From assembly GCA_973895155.1 (NCBI GenBank), contig OZ316897.1, positions 13,949,375 through 14,013,374 of the forward strand: a DNA stretch of 64,000 nucleotides. The letters run 5' to 3'. The notes below the pieces were generated by a model. That model was not told the origin of the DNA and made no database searches. It saw only the letters and a program-made list of their open reading frames with translations. Position 1 is the stretch's first letter. Each line of letters starts with the position of its first letter. This stretch comes from Marsupella aquatica (lineage: Eukaryota; Plantae; Marchantiophyta). The position numbers were made by a program, and so were the translations under genes. Below are positions 62,681 through 64,000 of the stretch, piece by piece.

Positions 62681-64000
62681 AGGGGAGAGAGGAGACGACG
62701 ACCGCCATACCCCCCACTACTGCTCTCGCTCGGCATCTGGAACCTGTGGCCGTGCTATCGGAGTTCGGCACGAAATTAATATACTCATTTCTATAATCGC
62801 TCAGGATCTCTCTCTTTCTCTGAAAGGGAGTGAACGAAAACTCTCTCCTCCTCTCTCTCAGATTCTCATCAACCTCCCCTCCAATTCTCCTCCAATCCTC
62901 CTCAAAGCACATTACACTTCTGGAGCATACCTCTCGTGTGTGTGTGTTTTCCAGGCTTTCGACGTTCAAAATTTCTCAGCTATTTGAACCACTGATAACT
63001 TTTAATAATAACAAGCGACAACCAAGGGAACCGTAGTACTGTAGCTACACTGTACAGTAAGTTTCTCTGACGGCTACAGCAGCCTACAGAATACAGGTGG
63101 AAATCCACTTTGTATGTTTATTATTATTGGATGATGATCATCATTTGTATGTTTATGGGCTAATGCGACTTGATTTTGGACTTTTGGGGAGCTCATTTAT
63201 TGCTGCCAATTGGGACCCACCAGTTTTTTGCATGCTGTGAAAAAAGATGAAAGTATGAGGGGGAATGTGTTCGTTGCCAAGTCTGTGCCCATATCCAGAT
63301 AAGTGCAAATTTCCTCGCAGTTAGTCTATCTCAACACACGCAGCTCAGTAATTCAGGTTTCCAGTTTAAACCAGAGCCCTTTACCCAGACATTTGGAAAA
63401 ATTGGAGGTCATCGTATCCCCCAAAGGAATGAGGGTCTAAGAGCTAGAACCAATGGGTTCATAAATGAAACAATTTTTGGATCCGTCAACCTGAGTGATT
63501 TGAGTCTGTGACATTCATTTGTCTAAACCCCCTCCTTGTCAGCACCACACTAAAAACAATTCTTGAAAAGGCAGGGCTGAGAGCAAGTTTGAAGTTTAAG
63601 TTCAAACTCAAGGCAATTCAAATAAATTCCACATGCATATAGTTTTGTGTCAAACTTTAACACATGACAGGAGCGCTGGGGGAGCACATGGGCTTAGATA
63701 GAGGCACCTCAATCCTTCAACAAGTACAAGCCCATGTCCACAGTTTCGTGCCAAAATTCTAGCACATGAAAGGGGTGTATTTTCTTTGACAAAGCCAAGT
63801 TCAAATCCTTCACTGTATACAATCCCATCCCTATCGTTTTGTCTAAAGAATTTGACGCATGCAATGAGTGCACCAGGTCTAATGTTCTGCTTAGCAGACT
63901 GCTTGTCCAGGAACTAAATGTCATTAGGACCTATACTTGGGAGCAGTACCAGCTAGGAAAGATTCAAGCCATCAAAGATATTACATTAACTAACTGTCTG

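Overview
Plant nuclear DNA, probably from a non-seed land plant (inferred from the TE types and gene style). Two host genes bracket the window, both on the minus strand: exon 1 of a plastid acyl-ACP thioesterase (FAT family) at the left edge and a SHI/STY (SRS) RING-like/IGGH transcription factor near the right edge. Between them is a nest of retrotransposons (about 7.4-27.3 kb), an intronless DNA polymerase delta pseudogene, a decayed U6 snRNA copy, MITEs and tandem repeats. The most unusual object is a 9.4-kb decayed Ty3/gypsy element (17758-27151). Its polyprotein order is Gag - protease - DNMT3-like C5-cytosine methyltransferase - RT - RNase H - DDE integrase - PHD finger. It has a self-priming-type PBS and a 4-bp TSD. 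Its termini are split, circularly permuted LTRs (B...A-gc-B-A) that break at the internal palindrome GACA|GC|TGTC. Two further insertions of the family in the window (9969 and 12102-12566) use the same breakpoint, which suggests a regular mechanism, possibly integration from a circular intermediate.
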